Positions 9,501 through 17,640 of a stretch of DNA of 56,903 nucleotides are shown here, piece after piece. The notes below the pieces were generated by a model. It was not told the DNA's origin, ran no database searches, and saw nothing but the letters and a program-made list of their open reading frames with translations. Positions within the stretch are counted from its first letter, which is position 1, and each line of letters begins with the position of its first letter. Both the position numbers and the translations under genes were made by a program. Source of the DNA: Candidatus Poseidoniales archaeon (lineage in GTDB: Archaea; Thermoplasmatota; Poseidoniia; Poseidoniales; Thalassarchaeaceae); the NCBI GenBank assembly GCA_012959435.1, contig DUDF01000172.1:1-56903 (forward strand), read 5' to 3'.

Positions 9501-12500
9501 TTACAACAATTGATAGGACACCTGACTCGACATCGCTATCGGTATTCTCTAGGTTTGGAGGATTACTCTCCACCGACTGTTCGTCCACAGAACTACTCAG
9601 CACAGGTTGCTCCTCTTGTGGGTTTGCTTGCTCTTCTCTTCCCCCACCCATACTGGCGATGTAACTAATCATGTGATTTAGTGTTGGGTGTTCACGTAAC
9701 TGAAATGAATCATCAACTGGCAAGGAAAATGTCTCCCTTAAATCAGCCATTATTTCTGCCTGCTTTACTGTATCAATTCCTAATTCACCTTCTAGGTCTT
9801 GGTCCAGTTCAATGAAATCAGTAGGGTAACCTGTATGCTTTGCAACAGTTTCTACCACCTTATGAGCAAGTCCTACTGGATGTTCGCCAGCAATTGTTTC
9901 AGTAACAGTTTGACTTACTAGCACAGTAGGGGGGGTCTCTTCAGCGACCGCTTTCACTTCCTCTTTTGGTATCACATCGGGTTGCGATGGGGCTGATTTC
10001 AGAGGCATTGTTGATGGAAGGGTAGAATCGGGTTGTGCATCTTGCTTGGAAACCTGCCAATCACTACCTTCAACGCCACCTATCAATGAATCATCAGGGG
10101 CAATGTATGCAACTAATTTTCGCTTCAATAAGCGTAATTCGACATCATCTCCTGCTTGACGTACTGCCCATTTCTCAACACTTTCTCTATCAACTCTATT
10201 GAGAGTTCTAGCAATTCGTTTGAACATTGTCAGAGCAATTTGACTGCCAAATCCTGCGGCATGACGAAGCATGTATTCAACATCATATTCTCCACCTTCA
10301 GAAAGTCGGAGGTTTCCTAATGCAGGATCTGGTTGTTGGAAGTTAGCAATCGGTGGTAACCGACCTGATGCTAGACCATACAATCCGGTGGCATCTTCAA
10401 CACCAACACCCATCGGATGACCTGTGAATCCCTTGGTATTGGTTATGATTAAACTCTCAGCAGAGTCCTTGAAAGCACCTCTAAGAGATTCAATCTCAGC
10501 AGCAGCCGAACCGCCTCTAGGAGGAGTGAATGGTTCATGTGACATGAAAGTCGTTTTAGGTGCGATCTCATGTCTATCAATTCCCCAACGGTTTTCCATA
10601 TCGGTCACGAACTCATCAAAAGTTGATGCTACATGTGCAACATCTAGCCTTGTAGGATGGTATGCCGAATTTCCGATATGAGCACCTAATAATTCTGCGT
10701 ATGGAACTACTCCCCTCTCATCAGCATGAGTTGATTTCTCAACTACGAAGGCAGCCCCACCCATACCAAGCAACATGCCGTTGCGTCTGACATCAAATGG
10801 TAACGCTACTTCTTCCACTACATTACCCATTGAATGGGCACCTGCAGCAGCAAAACCTGCACCGATCCATTCCATCAAATCGTCACCGGTGGAATCGTCG
10901 CCGCTGATTACAATCACTCTGTCACAGCGACCTGAGTCTAACCAATCCTCAGCGATTGCAAAGGCGGCTGGAGTAGAGGCACATGCGTTATTGATGGCCA
11001 AATTCGGGCCACGCGCCCCAATCCATTGAGCGAACTGTGCGTGCCCCATTGTTAGAATTTGGAGTAAGAATTTTCTATCAAAAGTGCCGTTTTTGTCAGC
11101 CCCATTATTCAGTGCGTGCCGCATGGCCATACCTATGCCAGGGAATACTGAGGCGAAAATCACGCCAGTTCTTTCACGAATTGAGTTGGGAAGATTCCAC
11201 CCTCTTACTAATCTCTTACCAGCACTACTCACCTGTTCGACAGGTAGGAGTGGGAGTGCTGCATCTTTGAGAGCCTCCAATCCAGCAGCAAAAGAAAGAG
11301 TAGTGGAAACATCCATTGCCGCCACTATTTTAGGATCAATCCCATATTGCTCCGCCAAATCAAAGTAGCCACCAACTCCTGCTAGTTGAGGTATGCTAGC
11401 AAAGGATTCACAGGGTAAAAATTCAGCTCTTCCATCAGGATGTTTAACGATTCTAACCATGTTTTTGTCGAGTAAACGCTGTTTGATATCATCGGGTAAT
11501 TCAGTGATGAAATTCTCTCCAGCAATTATTCTCTCTAATGCATCTGGCTCAAATACTTCATTCATCCCAGGAAGCCCAAGGCTTACTCCTGTCACAACAT
11601 AGGGATTGATTCTTCGTTCAGCATGGGGGTCTGAAGAGACTACAACATTTGTTGCACCTTTCACCTTTTGAGAAACTGTGAATCCACTAGGAGGGGCTAT
11701 CACCCACTCGTTTAGGGCTGCTAAGGTTGTTAATTGCTCAGCGTCAGCAGGACCTGAAACTGATGCCTCAGAAGCGATGCTTGCTAGTAAATCAGGTAAT
11801 GTTTCATCAGTAATCCCAAGGGCCAAAAGATGGAGTTCACCTTTGATGAGGCGAGCGGGATAGCCAGTAATATCTGAAATACGGCTTGCAAGGTAACCCT
11901 CTTTGTCAACAACCTGTTGGACCGCATGGTGCCCTCCATCAATCACAATTGTTTGCGATTGGGTATTCTGAGAGGTTGTGGCCATTTGACTATTTGAGGA
12001 ACTTACCGGTAGTGGCCTAGCGCGAACCCTTAATTCTTCCATCTGTTCACTGCTGATTGAAGAAGAATCATCATTAACAATTCCATTTTTCTGCCACACC
12101 TCAATGGGTCCAGCCCTGAATCCTTCAGTGAGGCGGCTTGAATCGACAGAGTACATTGACGGTAATCGTCCTGAAAGTGCGCATACTGCCAGGGAAGAAA
12201 GGAATGATGCTACACCCCCAACCTTTGGGTGGTTTGTGTTGGTAACAACCTTTGATTGTCCATCAAGAATCTGCTCAGCAAAAAGAGATAACGCCCGTTT
12301 TGGTCCAACCTCTATGAATAAGCGTCCACCTCGGCCATACATCTCTTGAATCTGCCCAGTCCATTCTACTGCAGATGACATCTGTGGCGCCAATTGATTT
12401 AGGATTGCATCGTGAACGGTTTCACCATCCCCCAGACTTTCGGGATAGAATTTCCCATCATAGTTGGCAGTGATAGGAATTGAAGGTAATGACAACTCTA

Positions 12501-15060
12501 ATCCTTCGAGGAAACGATGTAGTGGTTCGTTAGCAGGAGCAACAATACGTGAATGGAATGCGTGACTTGTCTGAAGAGTAACGCATGGAATATTCATTTC
12601 TCCAAAGCGTCGAATAATATCTTGCATCGGTTCTGTTTCACCTGCGATGACAGCCATCATCGGAGAATTTTTGTTGGCAGCAATTATGTAACCATCAACC
12701 GAATCAATGACCTCCTGTATTTTCTCAAGTGGTGCAGTGACGCTCGCCATCAACCCCTTGTCCTTTACTTCCACGTTACCCATTTCAGTACCACGGGCAG
12801 CTGCAGCACGCAATGCGTCGTGGAATTTCATGATTCCAGAAACCATCAAGGCAGCGTATTCTCCCAAACTATGGCCAGCAACCATATCAGGATTGATTCC
12901 ATGCTCGCTTAGCAATCTGTAAATTGCTAAATCAGCCGTCAACATTGCTGGTTGGGTGAATTCTGTTTGCTTCAACTTCTCTTCAGCAACTTTGGCCTGC
13001 TCCTCGGTAAGGTTATCGCACAAAACAAACTCAGAAAGTTTTTCACCATCAAGAATTTCAGACATGGTTAAATCCGCTTCATCCCATGTTTCACCAATCA
13101 CTTCGAATCTCTTTGAAAGGTCTAGCGTCATACCAACATATTGACTACCTTGGCCAGGAAACATCTGTACCAATTTTGCATCGGCTGGCAATGCTTCCTC
13201 TTCAGTAATGAAAACCATCTGTTTTGCTAAGAATTCCCATTTTGATGGATCAGAGAGATTATCAGTCAATAAATCCATTCTCTTAGCCAATTGTCCCCAA
13301 TTAGTGGCGACAATACCACAACGAGCACCTTTTGCTTCAAAATCAAATGATAAATCTGAAAGTACTGCTGAGAGTCTGCGGCCTGCTGGGTCGGCATCAA
13401 AGTTTGAAAATGATGATGAAAAGAGAGTTGATTTAACTCGTTCAATTTCTGAGGCTAAAGACTCAATATCATCAGCATTCAGAAGCAATATACCTCCTTC
13501 AATCTCAAGTAATTCTTGATGGCTCATTGAAGGAGTTACAGTTGAATCAAGAACACTTGGAACAATTGGAGTTTGCACTTTAGAAAATGATTGGTCAGAA
13601 AAACTGCGAATGAGGTTTTTGTGGTGCACGGGGTCGTATTGCTCAATAGCACAATGGAAATTTGTCCCACCAAAACCAAACGCAGATACACCTGCTCGTC
13701 TGGGTGCTTTAGATTGTGGAACAGGCCAATCAGAAGATATTGTTGGAACATAAAACGGGATTTCGTCCCAGTTTACTGAAGTATTTGGTTGTTCAAATCC
13801 TGCAGATGGCGGTAAGGTTCTGTGATGAAGCGCTAAACTCGCTTTCAGTAAACCAGCCATCCCAGCAGCTGCTTTAAGGTGGCCAATCTGGCTTTTTACT
13901 GATCCTACTGCAACAAAATCACCAGCGCCACGGTCTGCAAATACCCCAGCAAGAGTTGACAACTCTGTTGCATCTCCAACCTTAGTGCTAGTACCATGGG
14001 CTTCAATTAATTCTACTGAGGACGGAGAATATCCAGCCTGCTGATACGCCCGCATCACTGCCTGCTTTTGACCTCTAGTTGACGGAGCAGTGATTCCTTT
14101 TCCTCTACCATCACTTGATGAACCGATTCCGCGAATAACGCTGTAAATTGTATCACCATCTGCTATGGCGTCCTCTAACCGCTTGAGGACTACACAACCG
14201 GCCCCTTCCCCCATTACAAATCCATTCGCACGTGCATCAAATGGACGGGAATGAAGTGGTGAGAGCGCACCGATAGCACTGAATTTAGCGTATGTCCCAG
14301 GGTCCATGGTCCGATCACTTGCCCCACACAGCATCAAATCGGTTTGACCGGTTTGTAGCATCTGACAAGCAGAGACTAATGCGGCAAAAGTCGACGCACA
14401 AGCAGCATCAGCACTGAAATTTGGTCCTTGTAAGTCAAGCAAGTTGGCCACTCGGCCAGCAACTACATTGGCTAGTTCCCCAGCCATTGTATCTTCATCA
14501 ATACGTGGTGTACCCTCAGTGATTGCATCTTTGAATTGTTCACTACTTGTTGCTGGCATACCAGCTTCAACTGCCTTTCTTGCAATTTGATCTGCGTAAA
14601 CACGCTTACTTGACTGTACTCGATTTTCCCCACCTAAGGCATTAGCGAAAATTACGCCACAACGAGCATTTGGGAGTTGTAAACGACTATTTTCACCTAT
14701 GTAACCAGCATCTTCCAACGCTGCTGCTGAAACCTCAACAGCCCACAATTGGGTATCATCAATTTGAGATAGTGTTCCTGGCGGTTGTTTCCAACGCCTC
14801 CAATCAAACTCAAAATCTTCAACAAAGGCCCCAATCTTAGAGTAGGTTTTGCCTTCTATTGCACTACCTGGCTCACCTTCAACCCAAAAATCGTCTGGGT
14901 TCCACCTATCATGAGGCACTTCACGAATTGCAACTTTAGCATTCAACACATTATCCCAAAATGCGTCAATATCTGGTGCATCTGGTAAAAGAGCGGACTG
15001 ACCTACAATCGCAATCGGTGCGAAAGGTTGTTGGGGGACTTCATCCAGTTGTTCAGTCAT
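6571..15060 (-). CDS. Type I polyketide/fatty-acid megasynthase, PfaA/HglE-like (KS-AT-ACP-like-KS-ACP-ACP-KR-DH)
   Basis: KS1: DAACAS, EAHGTST, KSQIGHLK. AT: FPGQGSQ, GHSLGE, HAFHS. KS2: NNACAS, SHEPFT, KGFTGH. Two ACPs: ELGIDTVKQAEI. KR: GGGSGVT, HGAG, DYAAAN. DH: HAIDDVPYHP and EACFQ. RBS GAGGTGG overlaps the fabI stop. Confidence 0.96.
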   Translation of the reverse strand: MTEQLDEVPQQPFAPIAIVGQSALLPDAPDIDAFWDNVLNAKVAIREVPHDRWNPDDFWVEGEPGSAIEGKTYSKIGAFVEDFEFDWRRWKQPPGTLSQIDDTQLWAVEVSAAALEDAGYIGENSRLQLPNARCGVIFANALGGENRVQSSKRVYADQIARKAVEAGMPATSSEQFKDAITEGTPRIDEDTMAGELANVVAGRVANLLDLQGPNFSADAACASTFAALVSACQMLQTGQTDLMLCGASDRTMDPGTYAKFSAIGALSPLHSRPFDARANGFVMGEGAGCVVLKRLEDAIADGDTIYSVIRGIGSSSDGRGKGITAPSTRGQKQAVMRAYQQAGYSPSSVELIEAHGTSTKVGDATELSTLAGVFADRGAGDFVAVGSVKSQIGHLKAAAGMAGLLKASLALHHRTLPPSAGFEQPNTSVNWDEIPFYVPTISSDWPVPQSKAPRRAGVSAFGFGGTNFHCAIEQYDPVHHKNLIRSFSDQSFSKVQTPIVPSVLDSTVTPSMSHQELLEIEGGILLLNADDIESLASEIERVKSTLFSSSFSNFDADPAGRRLSAVLSDLSFDFEAKGARCGIVATNWGQLAKRMDLLTDNLSDPSKWEFLAKQMVFITEEEALPADAKLVQMFPGQGSQYVGMTLDLSKRFEVIGETWDEADLTMSEILDGEKLSEFVLCDNLTEEQAKVAEEKLKQTEFTQPAMLTADLAIYRLLSEHGINPDMVAGHSLGEYAALMVSGIMKFHDALRAAAARGTEMGNVEVKDKGLMASVTAPLEKIQEVIDSVDGYIIAANKNSPMMAVIAGETEPMQDIIRRFGEMNIPCVTLQTSHAFHSRIVAPANEPLHRFLEGLELSLPSIPITANYDGKFYPESLGDGETVHDAILNQLAPQMSSAVEWTGQIQEMYGRGGRLFIEVGPKRALSLFAEQILDGQSKVVTNTNHPKVGGVASFLSSLAVCALSGRLPSMYSVDSSRLTEGFRAGPIEVWQKNGIVNDDSSSISSEQMEELRVRARPLPVSSSNSQMATTSQNTQSQTIVIDGGHHAVQQVVDKEGYLASRISDITGYPARLIKGELHLLALGITDETLPDLLASIASEASVSGPADAEQLTTLAALNEWVIAPPSGFTVSQKVKGATNVVVSSDPHAERRINPYVVTGVSLGLPGMNEVFEPDALERIIAGENFITELPDDIKQRLLDKNMVRIVKHPDGRAEFLPCESFASIPQLAGVGGYFDLAEQYGIDPKIVAAMDVSTTLSFAAGLEALKDAALPLLPVEQVSSAGKRLVRGWNLPNSIRERTGVIFASVFPGIGMAMRHALNNGADKNGTFDRKFLLQILTMGHAQFAQWIGARGPNLAINNACASTPAAFAIAEDWLDSGRCDRVIVISGDDSTGDDLMEWIGAGFAAAGAHSMGNVVEEVALPFDVRRNGMLLGMGGAAFVVEKSTHADERGVVPYAELLGAHIGNSAYHPTRLDVAHVASTFDEFVTDMENRWGIDRHEIAPKTTFMSHEPFTPPRGGSAAAEIESLRGAFKDSAESLIITNTKGFTGHPMGVGVEDATGLYGLASGRLPPIANFQQPDPALGNLRLSEGGEYDVEYMLRHAAGFGSQIALTMFKRIARTLNRVDRESVEKWAVRQAGDDVELRLLKRKLVAYIAPDDSLIGGVEGSDWQVSKQDAQPDSTLPSTMPLKSAPSQPDVIPKEEVKAVAEETPPTVLVSQTVTETIAGEHPVGLAHKVVETVAKHTGYPTDFIELDQDLEGELGIDTVKQAEIMADLRETFSLPVDDSFQLREHPTLNHMISYIASMGGGREEQANPQEEQPVLSSSVDEQSVESNPPNLENTDSDVESGVLSIVVRHTGYPEDFLELDQDLEGELGIDTVKQAEIMADCREQFSLPVDESFQLRDYPTLAHMISYIVSMRGGEPADNVVIVDSEPEKKEVAPDKSELVVVEPPSPQISVESTVRRWVVEVEEADESESHPIDMAGSYIIVTDDSWGLGNAICQQLESSGSEAVRLMLDPSITSNIKIEKDGEIDIIRLDPGNRDHLSQFGDIISDLDIVGVIHTAPCTLAGIAWAEVTSQQQTQMVCHGLFGVLQQIDAKLADRSDGIVCSISALDGRHGNGGYRFNPLGAGAHGIVKSFGRERPNIRARAIDVAPELLVDADKLASTILSEIERMGPRELGIDGDGRRWQVCIYDEAHESEPQSLKSDDVFIVSGGGSGVTAACIVGLAQANRGIGCHFALLGRTKLDGSLSSLADASEETLLQMKKELRIQMQGDSKSGKVTIVDWEKAWSKIKRSIDIHKTLSDIEESGNTATYHACNVTVSKQVRKVIKKLKKRRSPITGIIHGAGIEDSKMVADKDWDTFNNVMSVKVDGWQSLVNAVKDHSSELRYCCAFTSIAGRFGNGGQVDYAAANCILDAEMSRLAHTDSEPHAVALAWTGWQDVGMATRGSIERVFEEAGIETVSVEKGVSLFVDEVMRGGKRRVVLAGSLGVLNDDGSDREPPQRLPHDVSELLADAKRFPFVDKVVAHQPFDSLSYECTIDVNSYPFLEDHAIDDVPYHPGVMALEMFSQGAQLLWPPCSVIGFAGVRFGLPIKLLKPEQKLRVVSEFSHQNSENVWVKCRLESDLINKSGEIFGEPRIHHRCLVRMLKKDAGRGLLKLPSIGTPSRGGVVLGSDFVYQRFFHGPRFQSHGGILSGCSIDEMFGADGIALSRHQLPNTNQFSSEEVTLESQPMLIEACFQNAGMVAMEIDGLQSLPVGIEMLELIRTPEKTDSLRMRALRRGAEDDGVTVHDCLVVNQDGKPVVSMKGLRLKGMAPISESDSFSLNRN

Positions 15061-15069
15061 ATTACCACC

Positions 15070-15861
15070 TCAATCTGAGATACTGTCTGGTACCATAATG
15101 CTGGAATAACCTGCATCAACATGAATGATTTGTCCTGTTACTCCTGATGACAACGGCGATGATAACCAAGTTGCGCATCCTGCAACATCTTTCTGTGTGA
15201 CATTTCGACGTAATGGTGAGTTTCTCTCAACATGGTCTAAAATATCATCAAATCCAGGGATGCCTCCTGCGGCTAAGGTTTTGATTGGCCCCGATGAAAT
15301 CGCATTCACTCGATGGCCATCTGGGCCAACATGATTTGCAAGTTCGCGAGTCCATGCTTCTAATGCCGCTTTTGCTATACTCATCACCCCGTAGTTTGGA
15401 ACCCACCTAGTTGAGGCAGCATAGGTTAGAGTGATTGTTGATGAGTTAGGGGCAAGATGTGGCAAAGCATAGCGCATTACTCTTTGTAATGAATGAGCAC
15501 TGATTGTCAATGCTGTGTTTATCGGGTCATTTTCCACGAATAACACTGGTCGGTCAAAACATGGGCGCGGAGCAAATCCAATGGCATGAATGACAATATC
15601 CGCTTTTGCACCAGGGTTTGCATTTTGCCATTCTGTGAAAAATTCGGCTGTTAATTCATTGGTTTCAACATCAATTGGGTAAAATGCTTCGATATTATCT
15701 AATTTCTCTTTCAATTGAAATACACGGCTCATAAATCGCTTCTGAAAACCAAGAATTAACTTGCATCCAGCAGCTGATAATTGCTCGCAAATAGCCCATG
15801 CAATGCTTTCTTCGCTAGCCACACCGAATACTAGTGCAGTTTTTCCCTTTAGTTCCAACAT
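15070..15861 (-). CDS. fabI: Enoyl-ACP reductase, FabI-type SDR
   Basis: LVFGVASEESIAWAI, HAIGFAP, catalytic Y-x6-K (YGVMSIAK), ISSGPIKTLAA, TGQIIHVDAG. Probable start at MLELKGK. Confidence 0.92.
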   Translation of the reverse strand: MLELKGKTALVFGVASEESIAWAICEQLSAAGCKLILGFQKRFMSRVFQLKEKLDNIEAFYPIDVETNELTAEFFTEWQNANPGAKADIVIHAIGFAPRPCFDRPVLFVENDPINTALTISAHSLQRVMRYALPHLAPNSSTITLTYAASTRWVPNYGVMSIAKAALEAWTRELANHVGPDGHRVNAISSGPIKTLAAGGIPGFDDILDHVERNSPLRRNVTQKDVAGCATWLSSPLSSGVTGQIIHVDAGYSSIMVPDSISD

Positions 15862-16123
15862 AAAAGCACCTGTTTCTACCAACATCGGTTCGCCGGCGAA
15901 GGCGCCTTCAAGACCTTTGCCTACTCTGTGAGCCAAGAGCGTCATTCACTAGGGGATGTAAGTATCCCAAAAATGTGCCATATGCACACCTATTTGAGTG
16001 CAAATATCAAAATCCCGACCGTAGGTCGGGTTGAAACTCTTGGGAAATAGCAAAAAAACAGAAATTTAACACATCATATTCAAAATAATTCAAATTATGA
16101 TGATATTGATCGATGATATGACT

Positions 16124-17005
16124 TCACTCGTACTCACCATACAAAGCCTCAGGCAGATCAATATGGATTGCACTCAACACGGCTTCTGCATCTAATCCCC
16201 TACCGATTAGAGAGGTTGCAAGAGCTTGGGACCTACGAGGTACGGTCTTTGGACCTAATACTGCACCTGGTCTACGTGGGTCATCCATGTAGTCAGTCTC
16301 CATTAGGAACCCGCCTTCATTTTGCCATATTGTATCAGAAATATCCTTGATTGAGTCACGGCCAACTACTACAGATGAAGTCAAGCCATGGGTGAAATTT
16401 TTACTGATGTCTGCATCTGCGTGGTGGTGAATCGCGCCAAATCTAGGGAACCCTACGTGGTCACAAATCTTAGCAATTTCACGATTAGTTTTCTCACCGT
16501 TTGCGTCGAGATGAAGTTGGGCAGGAACATTTGCCCTTTTACACATTGAAAGCACTTCAATCAAAATCTCATCAGCCTGGTCTAATACTTCATCGCCAAC
16601 ATCCCAGTGAGGCCGCCCCACTTCACCAACCCCTACCGCTAAATTTTCTTCACAGAATTCGATTGCTAATTCGACTGCTTGAAGATGTAATTCATTTGAT
16701 TTTTCAACCCCTAGTGATGCACACTGATGGACCCATGAAGCGGGGTGAGGGCCCAGTACTACCCGAACTCTCAAGTCACATTCCAAGCGAACTTGCTCGG
16801 CCATTGCTACAGTATCTTCGTATGCCTTTCGTACACCCTCTACATTATTTGGGAGGTTATCAAAATCTGGCTTGTGAACTAATACCAAATCAGTACCGCC
16901 AACACGCTGGAAATCGGCCGCTGCATCAAGATAACGCCCAACTCTATCCAAATGGAAATGGTTGTCTAAAATAGGGCCATTCCACTGCCCATCAACAAGA
17001 GTCAT
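16124..17005 (-). CDS. TatD-related metal-dependent hydrolase (archaeal type)
   Basis: DNHFH, GPHP, GEVGRPH, QLH and METDYMDDPRRPGAVLGPKTVP motifs. Confidence 0.88.
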   Translation of the reverse strand: MTLVDGQWNGPILDNHFHLDRVGRYLDAAADFQRVGGTDLVLVHKPDFDNLPNNVEGVRKAYEDTVAMAEQVRLECDLRVRVVLGPHPASWVHQCASLGVEKSNELHLQAVELAIEFCEENLAVGVGEVGRPHWDVGDEVLDQADEILIEVLSMCKRANVPAQLHLDANGEKTNREIAKICDHVGFPRFGAIHHHADADISKNFTHGLTSSVVVGRDSIKDISDTIWQNEGGFLMETDYMDDPRRPGAVLGPKTVPRRSQALATSLIGRGLDAEAVLSAIHIDLPEALYGEYE

Positions 17006-17014
17006 TGAGACACC

Positions 17015-17638
17015 TCACGATTCTTCTTCTTCCTCTACTACTTCAAGCGCGGCTTCTTCAGGCTCTGAATCAACTTTTTCTTCAGTCTCATTAGATTTCA
17101 CTAATACTTCCACGAATAGATTCTCGGAATCAAATCTTGTGCCCCAATGTGTTGCCGCCATCTCAACCAAATTTTTGTGCCTAGCACCAAGTGCAATTCC
17201 AATTCCGTTTGAAAAAAATAGTAAATCCATCTCGTGTAACTCATCACTAATGCGAATGCACTCAAGACGCCCATCAACCTCAAAATCAGGATAATATTCT
17301 GAAACCTGGTCAGTTCTAAGTGGCTGACCATAGTCAAACGAAACTACAAGAGGCCCTTTCTCAGTAGTAATCCCTTCATCGGGCCGGCCTAATCTGAGTA
17401 ACATTTCACGAGCTGCTGCCCAAGCAACCTCTGAATGATTCGTACCGTGTACTACCAGCCTACCTTCTTCGTCGACTAAAAGAGTTGCACGTGGGTTCTT
17501 GAGAGCCAGTATGACATACTTGCCGCTCTTCTTCCCCCCAAGTGAATTAATGACCTCTTCGGCCTCAAATGGTTGAGGGGCTGTGAACCGAACTAATTGG
17601 TTCTCTACCCTAACTTTGACTGCACTTCGACGACCCAT
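17015..17638 (-). CDS. Divergent TATA-box-binding-protein (TBP)-fold protein
   Basis: Two TBP-like half repeats (VRVENQLVRF...NPRATLLVDEEGRLVVHG; LVVSFD...LLFFSNGIGIALGA), ~200 aa, with an acidic C-terminal tail. Confidence 0.65.
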   Translation of the reverse strand: MGRRSAVKVRVENQLVRFTAPQPFEAEEVINSLGGKKSGKYVILALKNPRATLLVDEEGRLVVHGTNHSEVAWAAAREMLLRLGRPDEGITTEKGPLVVSFDYGQPLRTDQVSEYYPDFEVDGRLECIRISDELHEMDLLFFSNGIGIALGARHKNLVEMAATHWGTRFDSENLFVEVLVKSNETEEKVDSEPEEAALEVVEEEEES

Positions 17639-17640
17639 TA

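Noticed and set aside
6571-15060. Canonical PUFA synthase (pfaA) assignment
   Set aside because: No pfaB/C/D in the window; the extra KS, Thr-type ACPs and FabI partner differ from pfa clusters, so no gene symbol was given.
3144-15861. PKS cluster as a tRNA-integrated genomic island
   Set aside because: No integrase or transposase, no duplicated tRNA 3' end seen, the cluster lies on the tRNA's 5' side, and its composition and RBS usage look like the flanking genes.
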